A stretch of 44,459 nt of DNA from the NCBI RefSeq assembly GCF_001194135.2, contig NC_068997.1, positions 48,253,845-48,298,303 on the forward strand, written 5' to 3'. The notes under the pieces are model-generated. The model worked only from the letters and a program-made list of their open reading frames with translations. It was not told the DNA's origin and made no database searches. This document shows, one piece after another, positions 12,721-24,552 of the stretch (positions are counted from its first letter, which is position 1; each line of letters begins with the position of its first letter). Made by a program: the position numbers and the translations under genes. This DNA comes from Octopus bimaculoides (taxonomy: Eukaryota).

Positions 12721-12975
12721 CAAGTCTTGGACAAGATAATGGAAACACCTTAAAATTTGAAGAAAATTAATTTTAATATGGGGTAGAACCGCCTTTGGCA
12801 ACAATTACAACTTGATTTCTACGTTCCATTCAGTAACAACTTAAGCTGTGTGAATTGCTGTATTATCATCCTGAAAGATTGCGTTTCACTCGGGAAACAG
12901 TTCCGCAACCATAGGTTCAATTTGATCAGATAAAATGCTTAAATAGTCTTGACTACTAATTCTGCTATGAAGGGA
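12721..12975 (-). mobile_element. Tc1-family (DD34E-type) transposon, 3' fragment with terminal inverted repeat
   Basis: Minus frame SLHSRISSQDYLSILSDQIEPMVAELFPE*NAIFQDDNTAIHTA*VVTEW, then MERRNQVVIVAKGGSTPY*, the typical Tc1 C-terminus. Ends at TA|CAAGTCTTGGACAAGATAATGGAAACACC on the plus strand. Confidence 0.85.
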
Positions 12976-12983
12976 CTTGAGGG

Positions 12984-13286
12984 CCAGCCTCACCAGACCA
13001 GATCAAACCAGACCAAACCAGACCTTGCGCCATCAGATAACCACCTTTTCTGAGCCGTGGATTATTTCCTGCACAGACGGAGATTCAACAGTGTGGCTGA
13101 GCTTCAAAACAGGTTCAGGGAGTTTTTGCTTCTAAACTAGTCAAATGATACAAGCTTCTGTTACTACAATGGCAACAAACAATAAAATCTGACAGGATAC
13201 ACTTTGATGGATAAACGATTTTTGTATAATTTCTTTCAACTATTAATTAAAGCTTGAAAAACGAAAACCTTTTGGCTCGATCTGTA
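12984..13286 (+). mobile_element. mariner-family (DD34D-type) transposase C-terminal fragment
   Basis: PDLAPSDNHLF*AVDYFLHRRRFNSVAELQNRFREF from 13018 matches the mariner YSPDLAPSD(Y/F)HLF motif. The right boundary is tentative. Confidence 0.8.
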
Positions 13287-13329
13287 TTTATACATGTGTG
13301 TGTGAGTCTACATCTTGTAAATTACCCGA

Positions 13330-13435
13330 GGAGGTACATCAACACCGACGGATACACCTAAACCAGATATCCGGTATTCCACCCTTGAGGAATCAATACC
13401 AGATGGGTCGAAACAATTGTAGTGATTAATAAACA
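13330..13435 (+). mobile_element. Probable Penelope-like terminal-repeat relic with decayed hammerhead motif and AATAAA
   Basis: TTGAGGA (13385-13391)...GAAAC-AATT-GTA (13410-13421), then AATAAA at 13428-13433. Confidence 0.4.
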
Positions 13436-13457
13436 TCTTCCATCTCTCTCATTAATC

Positions 13458-13510
<53 letters not shown>

Positions 13511-13511
13511 T

Positions 13512-13662
13512 ATTGGCAAGGACTGGGCAACCAGAAATGATGTGGTCAACTGTCTCCTTGTGTTGTTAGTTGTTAGGGCCTGTCCTCATTATTTTGCTTT
13601 TATAATTGTTTGTAGTGATGCATTGGGTCTTGTACAGCGAGAATCAGTCCTGTCTCCTGTTT
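13512..13662 (-). mobile_element. R4/Dong-clade LINE C-terminal (zinc-knuckle region) fragment
   Basis: KQETGLILAVQD... and, in a second frame, ETVDHIISGCPVLAN. These resemble the ETEGLIxAAQDQ and ETxxHIISGC motifs. Confidence 0.75.
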
Positions 13663-14239
13663 CCGAACATATATATGTATANNNNNNNNNNNNNNNNNNN
13701 NNNNNNNNNNNNNNNNNNNNNNNNNNNNNNNNNNNNNNNNNNNNNNNNNNNNNNNNNNNNNNNNNNNNNNNNNNNNNNNNNNNNNNNNNNNNNNNNNNNN
13801 NNNNNNNNNNNNNNNNNNNNNNNNNNNNNNNNNNNNNNNNNNNNNNNNNNNNNNNNNNNNNNNNNNNNNNNNNNNNNNNNNNNNNNNNNNNNNNNNNNNN
13901 NNNNNNNNNNNNNNNNNNNNNNNNNNNNNNNNNNNNNNNNNNNNNNNNNNNNNNNNNNNNNNNNNNNNNNNNNNNNNNNNNNNNNNNNNNNNNNATATAT
14001 ATATGTATATATATATATAATTATATGTGCGTGTGTGTGTGTGTGTGTGTGTAAATGTAAGCAAGTATCTACATATATACGTATATGTGTAAAATTAAAC
14101 GCCTTCTCATACATCGATATACATGCAAAATCATACATATAGATTTTCAAAAGCCTTTACCGAAAGTGGTTCCGCAGGGTTTTTGACGGATTTTAGTCTA
14201 TGCATTACAGTTTTTTCTTGTTGTCCTTGCTGCAACTGA

Positions 14240-14250
14240 TGTAGTAGTGA

Positions 14251-14317
<67 letters not shown>

Positions 14318-14318
14318 T

Positions 14319-14353
<35 letters not shown>

Positions 14354-14416
14354 TGTTGTTGTTGTTGTTGTTGCTCTTGTCGTTGCTAGCGGTGGTGGTG
14401 GTGGGTGATGCTATTC
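14240..14416. repeat. (GTA)n/(GTT)n/(GGT)n microsatellite
   Basis: Direct reading. Confidence 0.95.
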
Positions 14417-14545
14417 TTGTTGTTGTTGCTTAGCCCCAGGTTAGTTCCGGTAGATCATACATATGATGAAAGCCAATCTATCTATGATCACCGTTTCCTC
14501 CTTATCTTTTTACACCCACACATCGTATACGTCGGATAACATCTT
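14417..14545 (-). repeat. Family S4 repeat, reverse orientation
   Basis: Reverse complement ends CCTGGGGCTAAGCAACAACAA, similar to 905-922. Confidence 0.55.
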
Positions 14546-14678
14546 TGGATATGTAACGGCCGAGCATCTGTGTGTGNNNNNNNNNNGGAGAGCTGGCTAC
14601 TATTTCGTGCATGTCCTGGAATTTCTTCATAATTTCTTTGCTTTCATCTTTCTCATTGGCTGTAGCTGCCACTTTTGC

Positions 14679-14742
<64 letters not shown>

Positions 14743-14765
14743 TCTTTACTATTAAGAAATGTTGA

Positions 14766-14960
14766 AAGGCGGTGAGCTGGCAAAATCGTTAGCAGGCCGG
14801 ACAAAAATGCTTAACGACATTTCGTCCGTCTTTACGATGAAAGTTCAAATTCCGCTGAGGTCGGCCTCACTTTTCATCCTTTGGCAGTTGATAAAATACG
14901 TATCAGTTGCCCACATGGGTAGATGTAATCAGCAAATCCCCGCTGTCTGTAGTAGAAAGG
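14766..14960 (+). mobile_element. SINE S1 copy with a small deletion before the tail
   Basis: AAGGCGGTGAGCTGGCAAAATCGTTAGCA...AGTTCAAATTCCGC...AGTAGAAAG. Confidence 0.85.
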
Positions 14961-15012
14961 CAACTTATTATTGACCATCCCCCACTGGAAATGACGTAGG
15001 TGAGTAACCTAC

Positions 15013-16650
15013 ATGGTGTCATTCAGGATAGTATGTATTAATGTACGTGGTCTGGAATGGGAAACAAGGTCTCTTGCTCAACGACCTCAGATAACTAGGC
15101 TTAGATGTGGTAGCCATTATTGGAACCAGATTTTCTGGGTTTCACTCACCCAATCCCATTTTTTTACTATTACAAGACGTATTCATCTGGTGGTCTAATG
15201 GGATCAGTCGTTGGTGTAGCAATGTTTTCCGGAAAGAATAATTATATGGCGGTAGAGACAATCTTCCTGGATCTGGCAAAGTTGGTGGTGCTAGATGTAA
15301 ATAAGAGTATAGGTAGTGCCTTCAGACAAGTGGCCATCTATGCATCTACCAGGGCAAGATGCCCAAACTTCTGCAGACGTCAAGAGACCTTTCTAGGTGC
15401 ATCCCTTTCTTTAGTACTGGCAGGGGTTTGGAATGGTCTTTTGGATGCAACAAGGGATTGTATAGGCTTAAGTGGATTCAAAAGTCTCGAAAACAAGCTC
15501 AGACGTTTCCAACTGTACATGGTCGGAGGTTGAGCAAGTGGCATTGCTTGCAATCTGACACCAGACCACGTTTCCGGCTGTCGGACAGGTACCGATGAGA
15601 TTTTCAGAATGTGCTAAGTTGGACTTGGAGCAACCGCAGATAGTACTTAGAATATTCATTAGTATTGCTGATAGGGGTACTTTAGGATGTCTACATTTTA
15701 TACTAGTCGGTTGCGCAGATTATAAATTCTTGATCTGCACAGTCGGCTAAGATAGAACTCATAAACAGGGGCCCGGCTCCTGGGAGCCCAATGCGCCTTT
15801 TCCAATGCGAAAAGACTAAAGATACCGGATTGGCGAGATAGTCAAGCGAATTTGACAGGAGCAATTGTCGACAATAGCTGGTGGGGAACCCTGAAGGGGA
15901 CAATGAGATATAAATCAATAGCATTTAATAAAGAATCATTGATAGAGAGAGATATATTAGACAAAGACCTAAATTGCTATACTTGAAGAGGTAATTAGAA
16001 ATGGCATTGCGACCAACGTGCTATCAGCAAGAACAGCATTCGACCATTTCTTCAATGCGAAATGAGAAGGCTCCGTTATCAGGGCAAGAATTTGTGCACA
16101 GAAACTAGAAGGAAAGGTGCGACTTGACATAAAACCACAGTTCAGTTTCTGAGAAATCAGGATGGGCGCGTACTGTGTGGTTCCAAGCAAATGTGTGCAG
16201 GTTTATAGCAGTGCTTTGCTTGAGTCTTCAGGGAAAGCGAAAGGTCACATCGAATTATGAAATTTATTGCCTACTTCGATGGCCTGTCTCGACTCGTGAA
16301 AGAAGCGGAAAAGCACTGCGACAGGCCCACAGTATCAACTGAAATACGACATATATTGAATGGCTGCGCAAAGAGTAAATCGCTCGGTTTTAATGAGTTT
16401 TATGGCTCTATGAGAAATTTGGCGACTTCTTGGCAAATGTCTATCACAACTGGCCACATTCCTAGTTTTGTGACTCGTTGCTGAGAAAGGACGCCAATAA
16501 AGGGAATATTAAAGACAATTTCTGGTCCATAACGCTACTAAACACAGACTTAAGAATTTTGGCCAAAGGTTGGCGCTTTTGTCGGAGAAGGAGAAATGTG
16601 TGCGATCCCCAGCAGATTCATCTACGACAGCCTCCACCTCATGTGTGTAT
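15013..16650 (+). mobile_element. L1/Tx1-group LINE ORF2 relic: APE endonuclease plus N-terminal part of RT, with many stops and frameshifts
   Basis: Endonuclease motifs MVSFRIVCINVRGL, LDVVAIIGTR, AFRQVAIYA, LVLAGVWN (GDWN-like), SWTWSNRR*YL and GPGSW (GYWKLN-like). RT motifs LLRKDANKGNIKDNFWSITLLNTDLRILAK and AIPSRFIYDSLHLM. Confidence 0.85.
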
Positions 16651-16792
16651 ACCATGTATACTTTTATTGTATTTCATCATCTTTTTCCTTTCTATCTCTT
16701 CATCTTTAATGTAAATCTCCCCACACAAATTGTTGACGCTCCTTGTGATGTGCCCCTCATTTATGCCCCCGTGGCTAATAAAACAAAATCAT

Positions 16793-16909
16793 TTATCATC
16801 ATCATCATCATTATCCTCATCAGCTTCTTCTCCTCCTCCTCCTTCTCCTCCTCCGCTTTCCTTTTCCTTTTGATCTACTTTCACTTATTATTACAAATAT
16901 TCCTGCTGA

Positions 16910-16959
<50 letters not shown>

Positions 16960-17025
16960 TTACTACTACTACTACTACTATTACTACTACTACTACTATC
17001 ATTATTACTGTTATTACTATTATTG
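16793..17025. repeat. (ATC)/(CTC)/(TAC)/(TTA) trinucleotide tract
   Basis: Direct reading. Confidence 0.93.
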
Positions 17026-17458
17026 TCATGTGTTTACTTCTTTATATGGCAGAAGTCTAACTTTGAAGTTGTGACGGTGCCATCCAATATTATCTCCTCC
17101 ATTCCACGGGTCCTTCAACAGCAATGTTTAATGGGCCAAGATATCCTTGTCCATGAGGAAATGGTAAATTCTTTCATTCTTCCACTTCTTCAACTCCACT
17201 TAATACACTTCTCTCGGCTATGTATGTGCATGTATATATAAGTAAGTGAGCGTGCACATATATTGGTGTACAGCAATATATATTTATATACATATAGATA
17301 TTTGTGTGTATATTTGTGTCTGTATGTGTGTGTACGTGTACGAAGGAACATCCATATAGTGGTATGTGTTGCATATATGTGTATAGAAGTGTAAGTAGGC
17401 ACGACTGTATCCCCATCTTTAATATATAGCATTGTATATATGTATGTGTAAGTACATG

Positions 17459-17491
<33 letters not shown>

Positions 17492-18544
17492 NNNNNNNNN
17501 NNNNNNNNNNNNNNNNNNNNNNNNNNNNNNNNNNNNNNNNNNNNNNNNNNNNNNNNNNNNNNNNNNNNNNNNNNNNNNNNNNNNNNNNNNNNNNNNNNNN
17601 NNNNNNNNNNNNNNNNNNNNNNNNNNNNNNNNNNNNNNNNNNNNNNNNNNNNNNNNNNNNNNNNNNNNNNNNNNNNNNNNNNNNNNNNNNNNNNNNNNNN
17701 NNNNNNNNNNNNNNNNNNNNNNNNNNNNNNNNNNNNNNNNNNNNNNNNNNNNNNNNNNNNNNNNNNNNNNNNNNNNNNNNNNNNNNNNNNNNNNNNNNNN
17801 NNNNNNNNNNNNNNNNNNNNNNNNNNNNNNNNNNNNNNNNNNNNNNNNNNNNNNNNNNNNNNNNNNNNNNNNNNNNNNNNNNNNNNNNNNNNNNNNNNNN
17901 NNNNNNNNNNNNNNNNNNNNNNNNNNNNNNNNNNNNNNNNNNNNNNNNNNNNNATATACATATAAATATATAAATATATACATACAAGCACACACAAAGG
18001 CACGCGTAAACGTACAAACATAGCTACACACAAATGCACACATATGTGCATGTCCGTATTTAGCTTTCTCTACCTGGTCATTATATTTGCCAAAATCTCT
18101 GTTTCTAAGTATCACATTTTCTCTTTCACGTCTTCATATGCATGTGTATGTGTATGTATGTGTGTATATATGTGCGTGTATGTCTCCTTCTCTTTCTCTC
18201 TTCCCCGTGTCTATATATATATGTGTGTGTCTGTGTCTGTGTGTATGTGTGTGTGCGTGTGTGTGGACGTGTATGCGCGGGTATTAACAATTTGTGATTC
18301 ACTCTATAGTTGAAAGAAGTTTCACAAAAGTAAAGTACAGGCGTGTGATCGATCGGACAATTTGGTGATCATACTTAAAACTATCTGTTCAATCACACGA
18401 TACTGAATGTGTGTGAAGCTCTGAGTACCAACGGTACTAATCTCCTATTGCTAAGCCACAAAGCTAATCTCTTTGTCATGTACTGAGTGGTCTTCTCTTT
18501 TGTTTGTAGTTTGAAAAGTTACATTTCTCTACGCACACACATAC

Positions 18545-18617
18545 ATATGTATGTGTGTGTGTATATGTATGCATACATGTATCTATCTATCTATCTATGT
18601 ATCTATCTATCTATCTA

Positions 18618-18711
<94 letters not shown>

Positions 18712-19033
18712 TGTATATATGTATATATTTATATATATATGTATGTATATACATATATATAGAGGGAGGGAGAGAGATAGCAAAGGAGATGGAGAGAGAA
18801 AGGAAGAGCTATTGTCGTAGATGGCATTGTTTTAAGTCACAATAGGTTTCTACAATCATTTTGGAATATATGGATGTAATGAAGGGAAACAAATTTTCGA
18901 CGTTTCGAAATTTCAATGATGATGATGACGACAACGACGACGACGACGATGGTATGGTATGGTAGTGGTGGTGGTGGTGATGATGATGATGATAATGTGT
19001 TTGTGCATATTTTTCAGTGGGTGTTGTTGTTAC

Positions 19034-19093
<60 letters not shown>

Positions 19094-19155
19094 TGTTCGT
19101 GTTGTTGCTGTTGTTGTTGCTGTTGTTGCTGTTGTTGTTGCTGTTGTTGTGTAGT
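18545..19155. repeat. (CTAT)n,(AT)n,(GTAT)n then (GAT),(GTA),(GTT) microsatellite blocks
   Basis: Direct reading. Confidence 0.88.
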
Positions 19156-19460
19156 AGATATAGTAACGGGAGTTGAGTCCTTCGCAACAGATATCCTTAG
19201 TGGTTGTGTGCTTCTTGTTAGTCTTCTGTTGTTTTTTTTTACTACCTTGTTTTCTTTCACTGTTGTTTTTTGTCTCTTAAATATTCTCGTCTTTTACAGT
19301 CTATATTGCGGAACGGGCGACAATTTATTATAATAAACAATAATTTAGAAGGAGAAAATTCTATAGAATTGAATGAAGTGTTGATTACTTAAATAGAAGC
19401 TTTTTACAGCTGGGCAGACACTGTTTAAAAAGTGAAAGAAAATGTATATTGTAATTACTA

Positions 19461-19505
19461 CTGGACGTGAAAAATACGACGTTTCGGACAAAATTCTTCT
19501 TCAGC
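19461..19505 (-). ncRNA. Hammerhead-like motif with intact core strands but no convincing helix I
   Basis: Minus strand: CUGAAGA (19504-19498), AGA-AUUUUG-UCC, GAAA (19485-19482), helix III ACGU/ACGU, GUC. Confidence 0.4.
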
Positions 19506-19952
19506 GCCAAGGTCTCAGGACGGAAATAAAACAAACAGTAAATGAATCAAATCCGTCCTGTCCTTTTGATGCTTTAATTCTTTCAGTCATTGTACGGAGG
19601 CCATGTTATGGCACATTCTTGAAGGGTTTCGTCATAAAAGTCGACGACACTGCTCTTTTTACGTGCTACGTACTGTATTTATTTTCTATTTCTGACCGCA
19701 ACGCGATGAGGCTGAAGAAACCAACATCGTTTGATCAAGCGGTATGGTGGATTAAAAACAAACAGCAGCGCACAAACATATATATATTTGAAAATGTACA
19801 CGTACATACGCGCGCGCACACACACACACACAAAAACACACACACACACACACACACAAGCAAACAAACAAACAAATAACACATAGACACAAGGATACAC
19901 TCACGTACACACATACATACACATATATTTATATACGCTATCAGAAGACGGT

Positions 19953-20104
19953 CTTCTGCGCACTTTCCGCCTCCTAAATTTATTCACAAGGCATCGGTTA
20001 GTGAGAAACAGTAACAAAAGATTCTCGCCTAAATTACTGCGCAGTTAGACCGAACCCGAAACCATGTAATCGTGAAGCGAAATTGTTATCTACGCAGGCA
20101 TTCC
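19953..20104 (-). mobile_element. Old SINE S2 5' part
   Basis: Reverse complement aligns with 28583-28740 at low identity. Confidence 0.7.
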
Positions 20105-20229
20105 AGACATGACCATCCAAGATTTTTATATATCACGTTGTACATTAACCAATATGCTATTCTTTTTTCAAGATCATTGCGTACATTGGAGGGAGTTTGT
20201 TTGCTATATTTAGCAAGCTGTGCGGCCAA

Positions 20230-20935
20230 ATAGAGATTCACTCCAGTGTTCGTACGTGGTGCATTGATCTTCAGCCAAACCTCTCTCATATTATCGTACA
20301 ACCGGCTTTAAAGACCGGTGGACACATTGGTTAATGTTATGCAGTACACTGTGTGTGTGTGTGTGAAGAAAATTAGTGGACAGTCACAGTTGGAACAACT
20401 TTGATGATAGGTCAGCTTGACCAAGGCTGGACACCAACAACGATGTTGGAATGAGACTACAAGCATTGACCAAAAGCTTGTAATATTCTTTAAGAAGACG
20501 TATCGTGTGTGAGAGGAAATATCAAGTGAAGTGAATGTAGAAATATAGAGACACGCAAACAAATAGGCAGAGAGACAGATAGACCAACAGGTGAGAACAA
20601 AGGCGGACACGGAGGTGGGCAGACAAGCGAGCAGAGGGCTGAAGTAAGGGATACATGGTTAGATGGATGGAAATTTTCATAGATAGATAGATAGATAAGT
20701 GGTTGGTTGGTTGGTTGGTTGGTTGGTTGGATGGATGGATGGATGGATGGATGGATGGATGGATGGATGGTTGATTGTTAAAGTGAACATACAATCCGAG
20801 CGAGTGGGAGACACTTTGTTTCTTCAGCCACCTATAAAATCTATATATAATTTAAATCAGCAAATATCTAGTTGGTCACAGCTGGAATGCCTTTGTGCAT
20901 AGGTCATTGCTACCAGGGCTTAAACATCAACAAAG
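20230..20935 (+). repeat. Two S4-like repeat pieces (about 20230-20445 and 20820-20935) around (AGAT)(GGTT)(GGAT)n at 20680-20770
   Basis: Shared GTCACAG(C/T)TGGAA...TTTG...ATAGGTCA core and CAACAA ends. Confidence 0.5.
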
Positions 20936-21072
20936 AGTGAACTTACCAAACACTGACAAAAGAATGTAATACTCTTTATAAAAACGGATCATGTGTCGGC
21001 GAAACACGAAGAAATACAGAGAGTAGAGAGGAGGCTGAATGGATAGATAAACAGATAAACATATAAGCAGAC

Positions 21073-21106
<34 letters not shown>

Positions 21107-21415
21107 NNNNNNNNNNNNNNNNNNNNNNNNNNNNNNNNNNNNNNNNNNNNNNNNNNNNNNNNNNNNNNNNNNNNNNNNNNNNNNNNNNNNNNNNNNNNNN
21201 NNNNNNNNNNNNNNNNNNNNNNNNNNNNNNNNNNNNNNNNNNNNNNNNNNNNNNNNNNNNNNNNNNNNNNNNNNNNNNNNNNNNNNNNNNNNNNNNNNNN
21301 NNNNNNNNNNNNNNNNNNNNNNNNNNNNNNNNNNNNNNNNNNNNNNNNNNNNNNNNNNNNNNNNNNNNNNNNNNNNNNNNNNNNNNNNNNNNNNNNNNNN
21401 NNNNNNNNNNNNNNN

Positions 21416-21446
<31 letters not shown>

Positions 21447-22242
21447 TGTGTGTGTGTATCTGTGACCACAAAGAAACAGACAGTAAAATGATAGACACAA
21501 GACAAAGACATGCTCATTCCTTGTCAGTTATTGGCCAAAAACATCACAATTTCACCTTTTTCCCAGAACCGATAAGTTGAACCATGCTTCAAAATCGCTG
21601 GCCTCAACCTTAAATGAGACAAAATTATTTCATTTTATTCTTCTTGTTGTTGTATGTTTCCTTTCTCGGTTATGGGATCTTCTACAGAAAGATCTTTACA
21701 TTTTGCTGGAATTACACCTATTAATCTGGTTCCATTAGATTTCATGCTAATTATATTTGGCGTTTACACAAGAACTTTCCAACACTTTTCAATGTTCTAG
21801 CTGTCACTGATAATTAGTTTTTACAAAGCTATCATGCCATAATTATAAACCTGTCGTAATTATTATCATTTGTTTAACCTATTAGATTCCATTCATAGAC
21901 ATTCTCGCAATGTTGATGCTGGTGTTGTTGCTGCTGCTTCTGCTGCTGGTGTTGCATCTATATTCTATTAAGACAACATAATAACAAATATTATTCCTGA
22001 GAGCTTGAAATCTTTAGACTCAATTAAAAATTTCACAACGGCTCATTAATGACTTACGAAACAATCCCCAAGTTATACTTACCGAACAATTTTCATTTGT
22101 TGTTATTGTTGTTGTTATTTAACCCCAGAACAAGCACGATGAAACAGACGCATAATCGAATGTGCTCATTTGATCCAGCTTGTGCTTCTCTTTCCCTTAC
22201 CACCAAATATATTATCAAATATATCATAGCTAATAACTAATA

Positions 22243-22454
22243 CGATGCGCTGGCAGAATCGTGAGCGATTCTGACAAGCGGTTTTCGCTGCAATTCTATC
22301 GGTTTTATGTTCTGATTTCAAATCCCTCTAGGAGCCACTTTATTTTACTTATTCTTTCTGAATCGATAAAATAAACACCAATTAAGTATTGAAGTTGATG
22401 TAATCGATTAACCCCTCCACCCAAATTTTAGGCCTTCTCCCTATAGTAGAAAAG
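22243..22454 (+). mobile_element. Old SINE S1 copy
   Basis: GCTGGCAGAATCGTGAGC...GTTCTGATTTCAAATCC...CTATAGTAGAAAAG. Confidence 0.75.
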
Positions 22455-23645
22455 TATTACATTTCTCAAATGCGTTTCTATTTTCAACCAGAAATGGTAT
22501 TATTTGATGGAGATTTGGTTGCACTTTCTACTAGGTCGATCTTACTATTTAGTGCTGACCTCGTTAACTTGCGCTTCTGTTGCCGCTGCTGCTGTTGTTG
22601 TTGCTGTTATTGTTGCTGTTGTTGTTGTAGTATTATTAGTAGTAATAGTAGTAGTTGTATTGTTGTTGTTACTGTTATTGTTATTGTTATATAAATAGGT
22701 ATATAAGCATGTATATACATATATATATACATACATATATTGACACACACACACACACATATGTGTATGTGTGTTTATAAACCCTCAGAACTTCTTAAGT
22801 TCGCAACTGATTTTCTCCAAATTGGGAACATACATTACCTATGTCCCAGAGATCGTATTAGACTATTAAAAGTTTTCACATAATTAGTAATGTGGCCCCT
22901 GGGTACAGAAAACTCCCTTTCCTGGGGTACAACTGCCCGCATGGCAGGTTGTATTAAAGTAGGTTGTATTAAATGGATGAACCGATGTAGATTTCAAACT
23001 GCGTTGTCTAATTGATAGCAATAATAGCCTGATCACGTGGTACCATAGGTAGCAATTTGTTGGAATAAAAACCGTTTGGAACGCGCTGTTTATTATGAAA
23101 TATATGTTAAAATATGTTAAATCCTGAGCAATTATCCAACAATTCTCTTTTAGCTTCAGAATCAAAGTCTTCCTTCTTAGCATAGACGAAGCCCATACAA
23201 TATTCTTCAGTTATTGACTCCAAACTGAAATATCGCATGACCGTGTTGTTTTCAAGCGCTTCTTTGCCAATCCCACCCCTTACCACGTCATTTCTTTCAT
23301 GTAGATTTCTCTCATGTAATGCTATTGAGCGTACCCACAGGCTTAATTTATCACATAGATGTAGTTCCTATGTCTACTGATTGTTCAGCGTGGTAGCGGC
23401 AGCGCTGACAGCCACAAAGGAGAGTATAAGCAGTGAGAGCTCTTTGGTGCGTACAAAAATCACATAAACCCCCCGCCCGCCCACTATTTTATGACAACGT
23501 TAGGGCCTGGAATCTCCCAAACAGACATTGACATACCACTTAGTCGAATAAGCCCTTCATTTACTCCACAAATGATTTGTCGTCAATGTTGCTCTTCCCC
23601 GTATCACATATTTCTACTTAACTGTACAAAACTATGTCATTAAAT

Positions 23646-23673
23646 CCTGAGCAACGCCGGGTATGTCTGCTAG
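23646..23673 (+). mobile_element. Helitron-type 3' terminus (GC hairpin plus CTAG followed by T)
   Basis: CCTGAGC-AAC-GCCGGG hairpin, 8-nt spacer, CTAG at 23670-23673, next base T. The 5' end was not located. Confidence 0.6.
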
Positions 23674-23674
<1 letters not shown>

Positions 23675-23733
<59 letters not shown>

Positions 23734-23868
23734 TGTGTGTATGTATGTATATATGTATGTATGTATGCATGTGCATGTATATAAAGAGAGAGGTATACAT
23801 ACATAGAGAGAGGTATACATACATAGAGAGAGGTATACATACATAGAGAGAGAAAGATTGAGAGAAAG

Positions 23869-23956
<88 letters not shown>
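23675..23956. repeat. (AT)(GT)n, three copies of a 20-bp unit AGAGAGAGGTATACATACAT (23785-23844), and (AG)n
   Basis: Direct reading. Confidence 0.93.
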
Positions 23957-23960
<4 letters not shown>

Positions 23961-24476
23961 TGTTCAATATGCTACTACAGAAAATGGGTTTCTTTCCGTT
24001 TCTACGAAACCTTGGCAACCAATGAAGAACATGTATCTCTATCAAAAACCTCGCTTAATCTAGCATGAATACCTAATAACCAGTAGTTTAACAAGAAGTG
24101 CTGCTGCCTGATCGAGATGCCTGTCTAGATTTACATGTTAAATAATGGACGAAGACTTTTACTTAGCGTGTGAAAGGAATTATTCTCGAGTACAACCGGA
24201 AGTTAGCTTCAATGCTGAGGAGGAAAAACGAAATAAAGCAGGGAGTGTGTGTCGCTTCTACGAATATTGATGTTTATTACAGCAATTGGTATTCTTGATG
24301 AGATGCCTTTTCAGTAGACCTTAGAAATGTATTCCATTTAGTCTATACAATTCAGGCTGCCCAAAATGGCGTCATAGATGTGAATAGACTCTTTAAATGG
24401 CGGTGAATACAGTGTAAGAGGTACAACAGTAGCAGAACATTATTCGTTTAAAATAGATTGAAACGGTTCCAATAGA

Positions 24477-24488
24477 ATTATTATTATT

Positions 24489-24519
<31 letters not shown>

Positions 24520-24552
24520 ACATCATCCACCTCCTCCTCCTCCTCCTCCTCC

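Noticed and set aside
17040-17215. Faint RTE C-terminal resemblance on the minus strand (LNIAVEGPVEWRR)
   Set aside because: Too few matching residues to call.
16570-17241. 223-aa hydrophobic ORF
   Set aside because: It stitches a LINE end, a poly-Leu microsatellite and unique DNA; no family resemblance.
18402-18430. CTGA...GAAG CTCTGAG TA resembling a hammerhead 3' half
   Set aside because: The core heptamer and helix II are absent.
19300-19392. Long polypyrimidine tract plus CAG, then a 30-codon frame
   Set aside because: No good donor and no recognisable protein.
24145-24270. 41-aa ORF MDEDFYLACERNY... and an internal CTGAGGA...GAAA
   Set aside because: The ORF is within chance length, and the motif has no helix I or III.
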